Shown here: positions 49,624-59,268 of the stretch, in pieces
How the letters are laid out: every line of letters begins with the position of its first letter
Position numbering within the stretch: position 1 is the first letter of the stretch
From: Eubacteriales bacterium
GTDB taxonomy: Bacteria; Bacillota; Clostridia; Oscillospirales; CAG-272
Assembly: GCA_050309735.1 (NCBI GenBank)
Contig: JBNRMS010000035.1
Span: 872 to 64,871 of the forward strand
Direction: 5' to 3'
Length of the DNA stretch: 64,000 bases
The notes under the pieces: model-generated
What the model saw: only the letters and a program-made list of their open reading frames with translations
Database searches by the model: none
Told to the model about the DNA's origin: nothing
Translations under genes and position numbers: made by a program

Positions 49624-50472
49624 TTAATTCAGAAGTTTTAAAACGGCTTTTACAGCGCCGTCAACCGTGTAGGGTATATTTTCAAGCGGGGCACCGAGCT
49701 CGCGCAGCTTTAGCATCAGGCGTGTGATCTCGGGAACGTCAAGCCCAGTGTCGCGTAGCTGGTCGGCGCGCGAGAAGATTTCGCTCGCCGTTCCGCTCAT
49801 GAGAATCCCGCCCTCGAAAAGCACAACTATCGAGTCGCACACAAGAGCCATGTCCTCCATGCTGTGGCTGACGATAATAACCGTCGCTCCTGTTCTCTCG
49901 CGGTAATTTCTCACCGCCGCGAATATTCTCTCCCGCCCCGCCGGGTCAAGACCGGCTGCCGGTTCGTCGAGCACAAGAACCTCCGGTCTCATCGCCATTA
50001 CACCCGCAATTGCCGCCCGCCTTTTCTCGCCGCCCGATAGGTCGAAGGGCGATTTTTTGAGCAGCTCGTGCTCAAGACCAACGATTTCCGCCGCCTCAAG
50101 CACCCTTTTTTGTATCTCGTCTTCTGTGAGCCCCATATTGCGGGGGCCGAAGGCGATATCCTTGGCGACGCTCTCCTCAAAGAGCTGATATTCAGGGTAC
50201 TGCATGACAAGTCCGACCCTGAATCTTATTTTCGATATTTCCTTGGGTCTTGCCCAGATGTCGACTCCGTCAAGCAGCACACGACCCGACTCGGGCTTCT
50301 CAAGTCCGTTGAGAAGCATCATCATGGTTGACTTCCCCGAGCCGGTGTGTCCGATAATGCCGGTGACCGTGCCTTCCTCTATTTCAAGGTCTACCCCTCG
50401 CAGCGCGAAGGTTTCGTAGGGCGTGCCCGAACTGTAGACATAATTAATTTTTTCAAGCTTTATTTTCGTCAT
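49624..50472 (-). CDS. ecfA2: energy-coupling factor transporter ATPase EcfA2
   Basis: GHTGSGKST Walker A, LSGGEKRR signature, LVLDEPAAGLD Walker B. Confidence 0.92.
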   Translation of the reverse strand: MTKIKLEKINYVYSSGTPYETFALRGVDLEIEEGTVTGIIGHTGSGKSTMMMLLNGLEKPESGRVLLDGVDIWARPKEISKIRFRVGLVMQYPEYQLFEESVAKDIAFGPRNMGLTEDEIQKRVLEAAEIVGLEHELLKKSPFDLSGGEKRRAAIAGVMAMRPEVLVLDEPAAGLDPAGRERIFAAVRNYRERTGATVIIVSHSMEDMALVCDSIVVLFEGGILMSGTASEIFSRADQLRDTGLDVPEITRLMLKLRELGAPLENIPYTVDGAVKAVLKLLN

Positions 50473-51341
50473 TTTACATCTCTGTTTGATAAATACTTTA
50501 TTATTTCGGCCGCAACTTCTTCCGGCGTGACCGGATTTCCGGGTACTTCAAATCCCCGGTGAGCAAGCTGGTCAATCAGCTCGACAGACTGCGGAACGTC
50601 AAGTCCGTGCTCGCGCAGGAACTGTGGCTTTGAGAATATCTCTTGCGGCCGAGCGTCGACAAGCAGTCTGCCACCGTCAAGGATTATAACCCTGTCTGCT
50701 CTCACAGCCTCATTCATATAATGCGTTATCATGATTACGGTTATCCCTTGCTCGCGATTGAGCTTTTCAACCGTCTGCATAACCTCCGCCCGCCCGCGTG
50801 GGTCGAGCATGGCGGTCGATTCGTCGAGTATTATGCACTCGGGGTTCATCGCCAACACACCGGCTATGGCAATTCGCTGCTTCTGTCCACCCGAGAGGCG
50901 ATGGGGCTCGTGTCTCTCGTAACCCTTCATTCCGACCGCCTCAAGCGCTTTGTCAACGCGACGGCGTATCTCGGGAGACGGAACACCAAGATTCTCGGGG
51001 CCGAAGGCAATATCCTCCTCGACTATGGTGGCGACAAGCTGATTGTCAGGATTCTGAAAAACCATCCCGACCTTTCGGCGAATGTCGAGTATATCTGAGT
51101 CGGTGAGGCTGGACGAGGTAATGTCCTTGCCGTCGATGAATATCCTTCCCGAGGCCGGGTCAAGTATCATGTTAAGGAGCTTAGCAAGGGTGGACTTTCC
51201 CGAACCGTTTCGGCCAATAACAGCGATATATTCGCCCCTTTTAATATTCAGGTTTATGTCGATAAGAGCCGGAGCCTCGCGGCCGTTCTCATCCTTATAA
51301 TTACAATACAGATTCTCTGTTCTGATGAAAAATTCTTGCAT
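50469..51341 (-). CDS. ecfA1: energy-coupling factor transporter ATPase EcfA1
   Basis: GRNGSGKST, LSGGQKQR and IILDESTAMLD motifs; start ATG 51341 after GGAAGG. Confidence 0.92.
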   Translation of the reverse strand: MQEFFIRTENLYCNYKDENGREAPALIDINLNIKRGEYIAVIGRNGSGKSTLAKLLNMILDPASGRIFIDGKDITSSSLTDSDILDIRRKVGMVFQNPDNQLVATIVEEDIAFGPENLGVPSPEIRRRVDKALEAVGMKGYERHEPHRLSGGQKQRIAIAGVLAMNPECIILDESTAMLDPRGRAEVMQTVEKLNREQGITVIMITHYMNEAVRADRVIILDGGRLLVDARPQEIFSKPQFLREHGLDVPQSVELIDQLAHRGFEVPGNPVTPEEVAAEIIKYLSNRDVK

Positions 51342-51421
51342 TTGATTTAACCTTCCGGGTGGCAACAGTCCCCGTTTCTCTATTTTGCTCCGAGCGCTCG
51401 CGCCCTCGTTTTACTTATATT

Positions 51422-52288
51422 TTATTTAAGTGCCGTCCAGCGCGCCGAGGCGCCTGCGGGCAAAAATCCTTTAGTTGTGCTCACCGGCAGGGCAAGCTCT
51501 CCGGCCTCGGTCACCCCGCCTCGGCGCGAGGTGATGCGCATATCAAGTATATATCTCATTGAAAGGGGCGAGAGGCCTGTGGTGTATGAATTTATAAGGA
51601 AAAACAAGGGTTTGTCCGAGAGAAGGCGCGAGCTCAGTTCGACAAGATTGTCGATATTTTCTTCAATTTTCCAGACCTCGCCCGACGGCCCCCGGCCGTA
51701 TGATGGCGGGTCCATTATCACCGCGTCATACTTTGAGCCTCGCCGAATCTCGCGTTCGACGAATTTTTTACAGTCATCTACAATATACCTTATCGGCGCC
51801 TCAGACAATCCTGAGAGCGCTGCATTTTCCTTTGCCTGTTGCACCATTCCACGTGCGGCGTCGACATGGCATACGCTCGCTCCCGCCGCGGCGGCTGCGA
51901 CTGTTGCGCCTCCGGTGTATGCGAAAAGATTAAGCAGCGTTATTTTCCGGCCGGAGTTTTTTATAAGTTCGCCAAACCAATCCCAGTTTGCGGCCTGCTC
52001 GGGGAAAAGCCCGGTGTGTTTGAATCCCATCGGACGCAGGGCAAATTTTAAATTTCGATAGCTTATATTCCATTGTTCGGGTAATTTTTGCTTTATCCAG
52101 GAACCTCCGCCGCTCTCAGAACGTCTGTATATAGCGTCGGCTCTTTTCCATTCGGGGGCGCGGCCACCGCCGCTCCATATCACCTGAGGGTCGGGGCGGA
52201 TGAGGATGTATTTCCCCCATCGTTCGAGCCGTTCGCCGCCTGCGGCGTCGATAAGCTCATATTCTTTCCATTTATCTGCTGTGAACAT
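51422..52288 (-). CDS. class I SAM-dependent RNA methyltransferase (RlmI/YwbD-like catalytic domain)
   Basis: LNLFAYTGGATVAAA (SAM motif I) and VIMDPPSYGRG (motif IV); start ATG 52288 after GGAG. Confidence 0.75.
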   Translation of the reverse strand: MFTADKWKEYELIDAAGGERLERWGKYILIRPDPQVIWSGGGRAPEWKRADAIYRRSESGGGSWIKQKLPEQWNISYRNLKFALRPMGFKHTGLFPEQAANWDWFGELIKNSGRKITLLNLFAYTGGATVAAAAAGASVCHVDAARGMVQQAKENAALSGLSEAPIRYIVDDCKKFVEREIRRGSKYDAVIMDPPSYGRGPSGEVWKIEENIDNLVELSSRLLSDKPLFFLINSYTTGLSPLSMRYILDMRITSRRGGVTEAGELALPVSTTKGFLPAGASARWTALK

Positions 52289-52310
52289 ATAATCTCCGTT
52301 TAATTCTATC

Positions 52311-52808
52311 CTATTTGTTATAATATCCTGCAATGCGCGAACAACCCGAGTGTGCATGGCAAATGGCGACGGCGAGCGCGTCGGCCGCGTCGTCCGGCCG
52401 GGGCGGCTCCTTTAGACTAAGCAGCAGGGTTACCATGCTGATCACCTGTTTTTTATCTGCCCGCCCGTATCCGACAACGGCCTGTTTAACCTGAAGGGGG
52501 GTGTATTCAGCAATGTCAAGACTTTTCTTCGCGCCTGCAAGGAGTATTACGCCCCGCGCTTGGCTGACACGGATGCCTGTGGTCTGGTTAGTATTCCAGA
52601 AAAGCTCCTCCACCGCCATTGCCGCGGGTCGATATTTTTGAATTATTGCTCCTAATTCATCGTATATTGCGGCAAGGCGCTCGTGTGTCGGCATGCTTGC
52701 CGAGGTTTCTATGACACCATAGTCAAGAACCCTAAAGCGCCCACCCGCAAAATCTATAACTCCCCAGCCGACAATCGCGATTCCGGGGTCAACACCTAAA
52801 ATAACCAA
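52311..52808 (-). CDS. ruvC: crossover junction endodeoxyribonuclease RuvC
   Basis: MVILGVDPG...AMAVEELF...DAADALAVAICHA catalytic acidic-residue pattern; TTG start. Confidence 0.92.
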   Translation of the reverse strand: MVILGVDPGIAIVGWGVIDFAGGRFRVLDYGVIETSASMPTHERLAAIYDELGAIIQKYRPAAMAVEELFWNTNQTTGIRVSQARGVILLAGAKKSLDIAEYTPLQVKQAVVGYGRADKKQVISMVTLLLSLKEPPRPDDAADALAVAICHAHSGCSRIAGYYNK

Positions 52809-52939
52809 ACTATTATGCCTTTCTTTATCAAGTGAAGTTCAGTCTCTCTTAGCATCACATGACAATACTCCATGATGGAGTATACCACACAATTCGAGCA
52901 AAGTCAATTATTTTATCCCAATTAATGCCTCGCCCGATG

Positions 52940-52968
52940 TTTACAATCGGGACTCGATATGATATAAT
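52940..52968 (+). promoter_or_regulatory. sigma-A promoter (extended -10) of repeat copy A
   Basis: TTTACA (52940-52945), 17-nt spacer, TGA-TATAAT (52963-52968). Confidence 0.6.
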
Positions 52969-53048
52969 ATACACGCCAGCAGGTTTCTTTGAAACCTGCG
53001 ATGTCGCAACGGCGTGCGAGCGCATGGGCGAAATTCACTTGCGACTAT
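52957..53048 (+). repeat. promoter-proximal structured leader module, copy A
   Basis: By manual alignment about 82 of 92 positions are identical to 62481-62572. Contains hairpin GCAGGTTTC-TTT-GAAACCTGC (52979-52999) and helix GTCGCAA-N29-TTGCGAC (53003-53045). Confidence 0.8.
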
Positions 53049-53088
53049 TATATAATTATATATATAATAGCCTGGAGGATAAAAATCA

Positions 53089-53283
53089 ATGAACATCGTA
53101 AAGCTTTCCCCCGGCGACAGCGTTGAGCTAAAAAAGCCGCATCCTTGCGGAGCTGTGCTCTTCCGGGTTGTGAGAGTGGGCTCTGAGGTTCGGATAATTT
53201 GCTCGGGCTGCGGAAGGGATATGAATGTCGACAGAATAAAGCTTGAAAAATCAATAAAAAAAGTTTTCGTAAAGGAACAGTAA
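53089..53283 (+). CDS. DUF951 family protein
   Basis: 64 aa with the pattern G..V.LKK.HPCG...F.V.R.G.DV...C..C. Confidence 0.75.
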   Translation: MNIVKLSPGDSVELKKPHPCGAVLFRVVRVGSEVRIICSGCGRDMNVDRIKLEKSIKKVFVKEQ

Positions 53284-53285
53284 AA

Positions 53286-56258
53286 ATGTCGTTTATTAAA
53301 CCGAAAGAAAAACATCTGACCCCGACTGTGCCGGGGGTGAAAAGCCGATTTTCCGGGATGGGTTATCTCTCGTTTGCCTTTATCATCCCGGTGATTATCA
53401 TGTATCTTATATACATCGCAATGGAGATACATCCCTTTGGTAACGGCTCGGTTCTCGTGCTTGACCTAAACGGCCAGTATGTTTATTTTTATGAGGCGCT
53501 GCGAAATTTTGTGTACGGAGACGCAAGCCTGCTCTATTCCTTCTCCCGCGCTCTCGGCGGAGATTTCATGGGTATTTATGCCTACTATGTCTCCAGCCCA
53601 TTTTCATATATAGTCTGCCTTTTCCCGCAGACAAGAATTCTTGAGGCACTGCTCGCAATATTCCTCTTGAAAACCGGCATCACCGGCTTAACATTCGGAT
53701 TTTATATACACAAAACCGGCAAGAGCAGAAGTAAAATCGCTACAGTCATTTTCTCCTGTATATATGCACTGACAGCATACGCAGTGGTTCAGCAGCACAA
53801 CTCGATGTGGATTGACGCGGTTATGTGGCTGCCTATTATCACCTACGGAATCGAACAGCTAATTAAATACGGGCGCTTTAAGATGTATGTCTTTTTCCTT
53901 GCGCTGACCATGTTAAGCAATTTCTATATCGGCTATATGGTCTGCTTCTGGTCGCTTGCCTATTTCTTTGTATATTATTTCTCCTATAACAAAAGCAAAA
54001 TCAACAACCCCTATAGCGAGAAGTTCCATTTCATAAAATCCTTCCTCCGCTTCGGTCTATTTTCGCTGCTCTCAGCGGGTATCGCCGCGGCAATTCTGCT
54101 CGCCGCTTACTATTCGCTCACCTTCGGCAAAACCGAATTTTCAAATCCCAGCTGGGCATTTAATCTTAAATTTGATGTAATAGAGCTGCTTGTCAAATTC
54201 CTTCCCGGGTCTTACGACACTGTGCGCCCCGAGGGGCTTCCCTTCGTTTATTGCGGTGTTCTGACGCTAATTCTAATCCCCGTCTATTTCCTCTCACCCA
54301 AATTCACCCCTCGGGAGAAAATTATGTCGGGCGCCCTTATCGCCTTCCTTACGCTCAGCTTTACAATCTCTGTCGCCGACCTTGTATGGCATGGTTTCCA
54401 GCGCCCGAACTGGCTAAACTACCGCTACAGCTTCATGCTTTGCTTCTTTCTTTTGACGCTGGCCTGCTCGGCCTTTGATGAGATAAAGTCGATAAGCTCA
54501 AAAACAATCTTTGCCATCTCTACGGCGCTTGCAGCTCTCGTGGTGTTTATCCAAACACTTGACCTTGATTTTGTCGACGACCTGCAAACAATCTGGTTCT
54601 CGCTCGCCGCAATTTCTGCCTACCTGATTATTCTTTGTCTCCTTAAAGTCACGCGTTTTCGCGAGGATATACTCCTTATACTTGTATTCATAGTCGTCTT
54701 TGAGCTTTTCGGAAACGGACTTACAAACGTGGTCGACCTCAACAGCGACGTCGTCTATTCAAACTACAGCGGCTATAACGACTTCCTCGCCGCATACCGC
54801 CCGGTGCTTGAAATACTTGAAGAGAAAGACGATTCTTTCTACCGCTATGAAAAAACAACTCACCGCAAGGTAAACGACAACATGGCGCTCGGCATCCGCG
54901 GCCTTTCAAACTCTACCTCAACGCTCAACGCCGACACGATCAGTTTCCTCTCCCGCATGGGATACTGCTCAAAGTCGCACTGGTCTAAATATGCCGGAGG
55001 CACGCCGGTCAACGACTCGCTGCTCGGGATTAAATATATTATAACAACCGATGATCTCTCTGATTATTATCCCTCATATTTTGAATATGGCGGATTTAAT
55101 GTTTGGCACAATAAATATGCTCTCTCGCTCGCCTATGGAGTTGATGAGAGGGTGAACGGAATTGTAGCCGATATATACGAAACCCCCTTTGATTATCTTA
55201 ACGCGCTGCTCACCGCAATGGTTGGCCAAGATGAGACGATACAGGTCTTTGTGCCTATACCGGTATCTGAAATTATAACAAACGATTTTTGCGCCAAATC
55301 CTTTATTGCAGGACACCATAAATACGCCAGAACCTCGGAGGAGCACGACGCGAATGTTTTCTACACCTTCATAGCTCCGAATGACCAAGAGGTGTTCTTT
55401 TATCTGCCAAGCGACTATCAGCGCGAGGTCGGCCTGAAGGTCAACGGCTCGTCCGCCGGCACCTTCTGGGGCGGGGATACCGACCGCATTATCTCGCTCG
55501 GAAGCTTTAGAGACGGTGAGTCTGTTCGTCTGACAATGACACTTAATTATATTGACCTTTATGTGAAAAACGGCTATAACTGCTTCTTCTATATTGACAT
55601 GGAAGCCTTCGAGGCTGTGATGTCAACGCTCTCGGAGATGCAGTATAACATCGAGGAATACACCGAGCACTCTTTTGAGGGAAGGCTTACCTCGCCGCGC
55701 GACAATCAAATAATCCAGACTTCCCTGCCCTATGACCAGGGCTGGAAGATTTATGTTGACGGAGAGCGGATTGATAGCTTTGAAACGCTTGATGCTCTGC
55801 TCGCCTTCCGCGTTGATTCGGGTGAGCATGAGATAAAAATGACATATATGCCCGATATGTTTGTTATCGGATTTATAATCAGCGGCGCTTGTATTCTAAT
55901 CTTCATTCTTCTCATAATCTTCGAGAAAAAGCTGCTCATCAAGAACCGCGAACTGCCGCCCGCGCCTATAATTGATATTGGCGCCACTAATGCCGCTGAT
56001 GTTGACGGCGACATCTATGACTATGATAATCCGAAGGACGATTACGATCCCGAGCCTCCCTGCAAGGCAGACGAAGACTACGGCGAAAACCTTTATATAG
56101 CACAGTACTACAATTCGCCCCCTGATTTTACGTCCGACGAAAACCTTCAGGAAGAGCAAATGCCTAAACAAAATCTTAGAAAATTCAAGCCGCGCAGCTC
56201 GTATAGGAGAGAGCTTGTCCGCGGCCGGCGCAACGCGAGGGCAAAAACGAAAAAATAA
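53286..56258 (+). CDS. YfhO-family polytopic membrane protein (putative glycosyl transferase of cell-envelope polymers)
   Basis: 990 aa with more than 12 TM helices in the N-terminal ~480 aa, a large extracytoplasmic domain, a terminal TM helix and a charged tail. Starts 3 nt after the DUF951 gene. Confidence 0.8.
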   Translation: MSFIKPKEKHLTPTVPGVKSRFSGMGYLSFAFIIPVIIMYLIYIAMEIHPFGNGSVLVLDLNGQYVYFYEALRNFVYGDASLLYSFSRALGGDFMGIYAYYVSSPFSYIVCLFPQTRILEALLAIFLLKTGITGLTFGFYIHKTGKSRSKIATVIFSCIYALTAYAVVQQHNSMWIDAVMWLPIITYGIEQLIKYGRFKMYVFFLALTMLSNFYIGYMVCFWSLAYFFVYYFSYNKSKINNPYSEKFHFIKSFLRFGLFSLLSAGIAAAILLAAYYSLTFGKTEFSNPSWAFNLKFDVIELLVKFLPGSYDTVRPEGLPFVYCGVLTLILIPVYFLSPKFTPREKIMSGALIAFLTLSFTISVADLVWHGFQRPNWLNYRYSFMLCFFLLTLACSAFDEIKSISSKTIFAISTALAALVVFIQTLDLDFVDDLQTIWFSLAAISAYLIILCLLKVTRFREDILLILVFIVVFELFGNGLTNVVDLNSDVVYSNYSGYNDFLAAYRPVLEILEEKDDSFYRYEKTTHRKVNDNMALGIRGLSNSTSTLNADTISFLSRMGYCSKSHWSKYAGGTPVNDSLLGIKYIITTDDLSDYYPSYFEYGGFNVWHNKYALSLAYGVDERVNGIVADIYETPFDYLNALLTAMVGQDETIQVFVPIPVSEIITNDFCAKSFIAGHHKYARTSEEHDANVFYTFIAPNDQEVFFYLPSDYQREVGLKVNGSSAGTFWGGDTDRIISLGSFRDGESVRLTMTLNYIDLYVKNGYNCFFYIDMEAFEAVMSTLSEMQYNIEEYTEHSFEGRLTSPRDNQIIQTSLPYDQGWKIYVDGERIDSFETLDALLAFRVDSGEHEIKMTYMPDMFVIGFIISGACILIFILLIIFEKKLLIKNRELPPAPIIDIGATNAADVDGDIYDYDNPKDDYDPEPPCKADEDYGENLYIAQYYNSPPDFTSDENLQEEQMPKQNLRKFKPRSSYRRELVRGRRNARAKTKK

Positions 56259-56309
56259 AATCTAAAAATTAGTTCAGTTTGAGCCGCAAAAGGCGGCATG
56301 GAGATAAAA

Positions 56310-56945
56310 ATGTTTTATTATATCAGCGGCAGCCTTGTGCTGCTTGAGCCCGGCGCGGCCGTGATTGATGCGGGTGGGGTGGCTTATCGGATGTCGATAA
56401 GCCAGACAACCTATGAAGCACTACCCAAAACCACCCTGCGCGATGCGCCCCAGCGCGCCACTCTCTACACATATCTTGTGGTGCGCGAGGATGGCGTTGA
56501 GTTGTTCGGTTTTGCCTCGCTTGAAGAGCTGTCGGCATATCGGATGCTTCTGACCGTCTCGGGTGTCGGCCCCAAGGTGGCTCTGTCGGTGCTATCGCAG
56601 CACACACCCGAGAAATTTGCGCTCGCCGTTCTGACAGAAGATAAAAAGACGCTCTCGCAGGCGTCGGGTGTTGGCCCCAAAACAGCCGCAAGGATTATAC
56701 TTGAACTCAAAGATAAACTTGCCTCCTCGGCACTCGGCGTCGGGGCCGCCGATTCGGATAACGCGCTCGAGGGCGGAGCGCCGACAGCGGGCGGAAAACG
56801 CAGCAAAACCGCCGACGCAGCCGACGCACTGATAGTGCTCGGATATTCACGTTCCGAAGCGCTCGCCGCGCTCAAGGATATTGATGTGGTAACGCTGCCG
56901 CTTGAGGAAATTATCAGACTTGCGCTCAAAAAGCTGATTAAATGA
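56310..56945 (+). CDS. ruvA: Holliday junction branch migration complex subunit RuvA
   Basis: MFYYISG start and two HhH motifs (GVGPKVA, GVGPKTA); ORF track start is 56298. Confidence 0.92.
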   Translation: MFYYISGSLVLLEPGAAVIDAGGVAYRMSISQTTYEALPKTTLRDAPQRATLYTYLVVREDGVELFGFASLEELSAYRMLLTVSGVGPKVALSVLSQHTPEKFALAVLTEDKKTLSQASGVGPKTAARIILELKDKLASSALGVGAADSDNALEGGAPTAGGKRSKTADAADALIVLGYSRSEALAALKDIDVVTLPLEEIIRLALKKLIK

Positions 56946-56980
56946 AGGGCTCGCTACACTTGAAAGGAATGGTTATTTAA

Positions 56981-58042
56981 ATGACGAACGACGACCTTGA
57001 TTTTGAGAATCGGTTGGTATCAAGTTCATATACCCCCGAGGACACCGAAACCGACTATTCTCTGCGCCCCCGTCGTCTTGATGAGTATATAGGACAGGAA
57101 AAAGCGAAGGAGAATCTCCGGGTTTATATAAACGCCGCAAAGCAGCGGGGCGACACTCTCGACCATGTTCTGCTCTACGGCCCTCCCGGGCTCGGGAAAA
57201 CCACGCTGTCCTCAATTATAGCAAACGAGATGGAGGTCAATCTCCGCATAACCTCAGGGCCGGCAATTGAGAAGCAGGGTGACCTTGCTGCGATACTTAC
57301 AAATCTCTCGCCCGGAGACATACTTTTTATCGACGAGATTCACCGCCTGCCGACCTCGGTCGAGGAAATTCTATACCCCGCGATGGAGGACTATGCCCTT
57401 GACATCATAATCGGCAAAGGTCCCTCTGCGCGGAGCATCAGAATTGATCTTCCCCGCTTCACACTCATCGGTGCCACAACCCGTGCCGGGCAGCTCGCCT
57501 CGCCACTGCGCGACAGATTTGGAGTTATCATGCGTCTTGAGCTTTACTCGCCCGAGGAGCTTGCTACAATAGTCAGCCGTAGCGCCGGGATACTAAAACT
57601 CGCCATAAGCCCCGACGGCGCACAGGAGATAGCCTCGCGCTCGCGCGGCACGCCTCGGATAGCAAACCGCCTTCTCAAGCGGGTGCGTGACTTTGCCGAG
57701 GTTAAGGGCGACGGCACAATAAGCCACCAAATAGCAAACTACGCGCTCGGCTGCCTTGAGATAGACCCGCTCGGACTTGACAATATCGACCGCAGAATGC
57801 TTACGACTATAATTAAATTTTACGACGGAGGCCCGGTCGGACTTGACACACTTGCCGCCACCATAGGCGAGGAATCGGTGACGCTTGAGGATGTCTACGA
57901 GCCTTACCTTATGCAGATAGGCTTTCTGAACAGAACCCCGCGCGGTCGCTGTGCCACAAGGCTGGCATATGAGCATCTTCGCCTTCCATATCGGAATGTT
58001 ACCGAGAATGGAGAGCAGATTAGAATCAATGCGGACGAATGA
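56981..58042 (+). CDS. ruvB: Holliday junction branch migration DNA helicase RuvB
   Basis: GPPGLGKTT Walker A, FIDEIHRL Walker [12 protein letters not shown] sensor motif. Confidence 0.95.
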   Translation: MTNDDLDFENRLVSSSYTPEDTETDYSLRPRRLDEYIGQEKAKENLRVYINAAKQRGDTLDHVLLYGPPGLGKTTLSSIIANEMEVNLRITSGPAIEKQGDLAAILTNLSPGDILFIDEIHRLPTSVEEILYPAMEDYALDIIIGKGPSARSIRIDLPRFTLIGATTRAGQLASPLRDRFGVIMRLELYSPEELATIVSRSAGILKLAISPDGAQEIASRSRGTPRIANRLLKRVRDFAEVKGDGTISHQIANYALGCLEIDPLGLDNIDRRMLTTIIKFYDGGPVGLDTLAATIGEESVTLEDVYEPYLMQIGFLNRTPRGRCATRLAYEHLRLPYRNVTENGEQIRINADE

Positions 58043-58159
58043 ATTTTCTGTCATGGTTTTACACAGTAAAAGATTATAGATTCAAAGTAAGTATTAACAA
58101 TAGGTTTGCCGCAAAGAAAGAATATAAGGTTAAAATATTACGATTATAGCAGCTAAGGT

Positions 58160-58425
58160 GTGTATTTCATAGCAATTTGCACACAAACCCGAATCCATTT
58201 ATTCGGTGAGGTTTCCGCCGTAGGGGATGCCCTATGTGGCATCCCGCAAATCCCCCCGCAATTTATCCCTCACCCAAATGGTTCCTCAAAAATGATTGAA
58301 CGATGGTTATATGGCAACGCTCTTACCACGACCACAGCATCCGTGATGGAGAAGATTATAAAAACCATTTGAAATACATAGACGAAAACCCCGCAAGATG
58401 GCAGGAAGATAGTTATTATACCTAA
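58160..58425 (+). pseudogene. decayed IS200/IS605-type (Y1 / RayT-like) transposase gene remnant
   Basis: One frame gives YFIAICTQTRIHLFGEV (N-terminal family motif). Another frame (58303-58425) gives WQRSYHDHSIRDGEDYKNHLKYIDENPARWQEDSYYT (C-terminal family motif). The middle of the gene is missing and the frames are broken. Confidence 0.65.
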
Positions 58426-58457
58426 GAATAAAAATTTTATATTAGGCGGTGTTTGAT

Positions 58458-59228
58458 ATGTTAAACCAATCTCAATTTCCCATATTGGAATTTGATTCAA
58501 ACAGAAAAGCCAAGATAGAGCCATCAAACTTTATCAAAAAAAAGCAGGTGCCAAAGGCGTGTGTCATCACTTTTTTCAAGGAAGTGCTGCGCCGGAAATT
58601 TGAGGACGGCGAACTGAAACAAATCGGCACGCTTCGCTCGGAAACAGTTGATCTTCCGATTTATGAGACAGAATATAACGGTCGCGCGGCGGGTCTTGTC
58701 GGAGGATTTGTGGGAGCCGCGGGCTCGGCGGGACTGCTTGAAGAATTAATCGCCATGGGATTTGAAAAATTCATCGTATGCGGTGGTGCTGGAGTTTTGA
58801 AGAAGGATATCCAAGTGGGTCATCTAATTCTGCCCGTTTCCGCCGTGAGAGACGAAGGGGTTTCATATCATTATATAGAACCCTCGCGCGAGGTCGAATG
58901 TAATCCAGACGCGATAGATGCGATTGAAAAAGCATTGAATAAAGAAAAAATCCCGTTCATCAAAGCAAAAACCTGGACAACCGATGCCCTATACAGGGAA
59001 ACCGAAGCTAAAATAGCAAAAAGAGTTTCGGAAGGCTGCGTCACCGTTGAAATGGAAGCGGCGGCATTCTTCGCTGTTTCCAAATTTAGAAATGTTTTTT
59101 TAGGACAAATTTTGTACGGCGGAGACGATTTAAGCGGAGTTGAATGGGATGACCGTGATTGGAACAGCAGAGGGGAAATAAGATATAATCTGGTAGAGCT
59201 GTGTTTGAAAATAGCCACAGGTTTATAA
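58458..59228 (+). CDS. nucleoside phosphorylase family protein (PNP/UDP-1 fold)
   Basis: GGFVGAAGSAG, RDEGVSYHY and VEMEAAAFFAV motifs; ATG 58458 (ORF track GTG 58449). Confidence 0.75.
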   Translation: MLNQSQFPILEFDSNRKAKIEPSNFIKKKQVPKACVITFFKEVLRRKFEDGELKQIGTLRSETVDLPIYETEYNGRAAGLVGGFVGAAGSAGLLEELIAMGFEKFIVCGGAGVLKKDIQVGHLILPVSAVRDEGVSYHYIEPSREVECNPDAIDAIEKALNKEKIPFIKAKTWTTDALYRETEAKIAKRVSEGCVTVEMEAAAFFAVSKFRNVFLGQILYGGDDLSGVEWDDRDWNSRGEIRYNLVELCLKIATGL

Positions 59229-59268
59229 TAATTTACCTTTACAAATAAACATAATTCAGCCTTCGCCC

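Noticed and set aside
53024-53092. Possible leader peptide inside the repeat: MGEIHLRLLYNYIYNSLEDKNQ in copy A, ending in an ATGA overlap with the DUF951 start, and MGEIHLRLWYYIHIGSFL in copy B (62548-62604)
   Set aside because: There is no SD in front of the ATG in either copy. The conserved residues merely reflect identical nucleotides, and the two peptides diverge as soon as the DNA does. Only ribosome profiling could revive this idea.
52859-53432. ORFs 52859-53092 (+) and 52941-53432 (-). The latter shares the peptide CARTPLRHR with 62453-62731 (-).
   Set aside because: The shared peptide is a by-product of translating the repeated non-coding module. The ORFs overlap promoters and real genes and have no SD.
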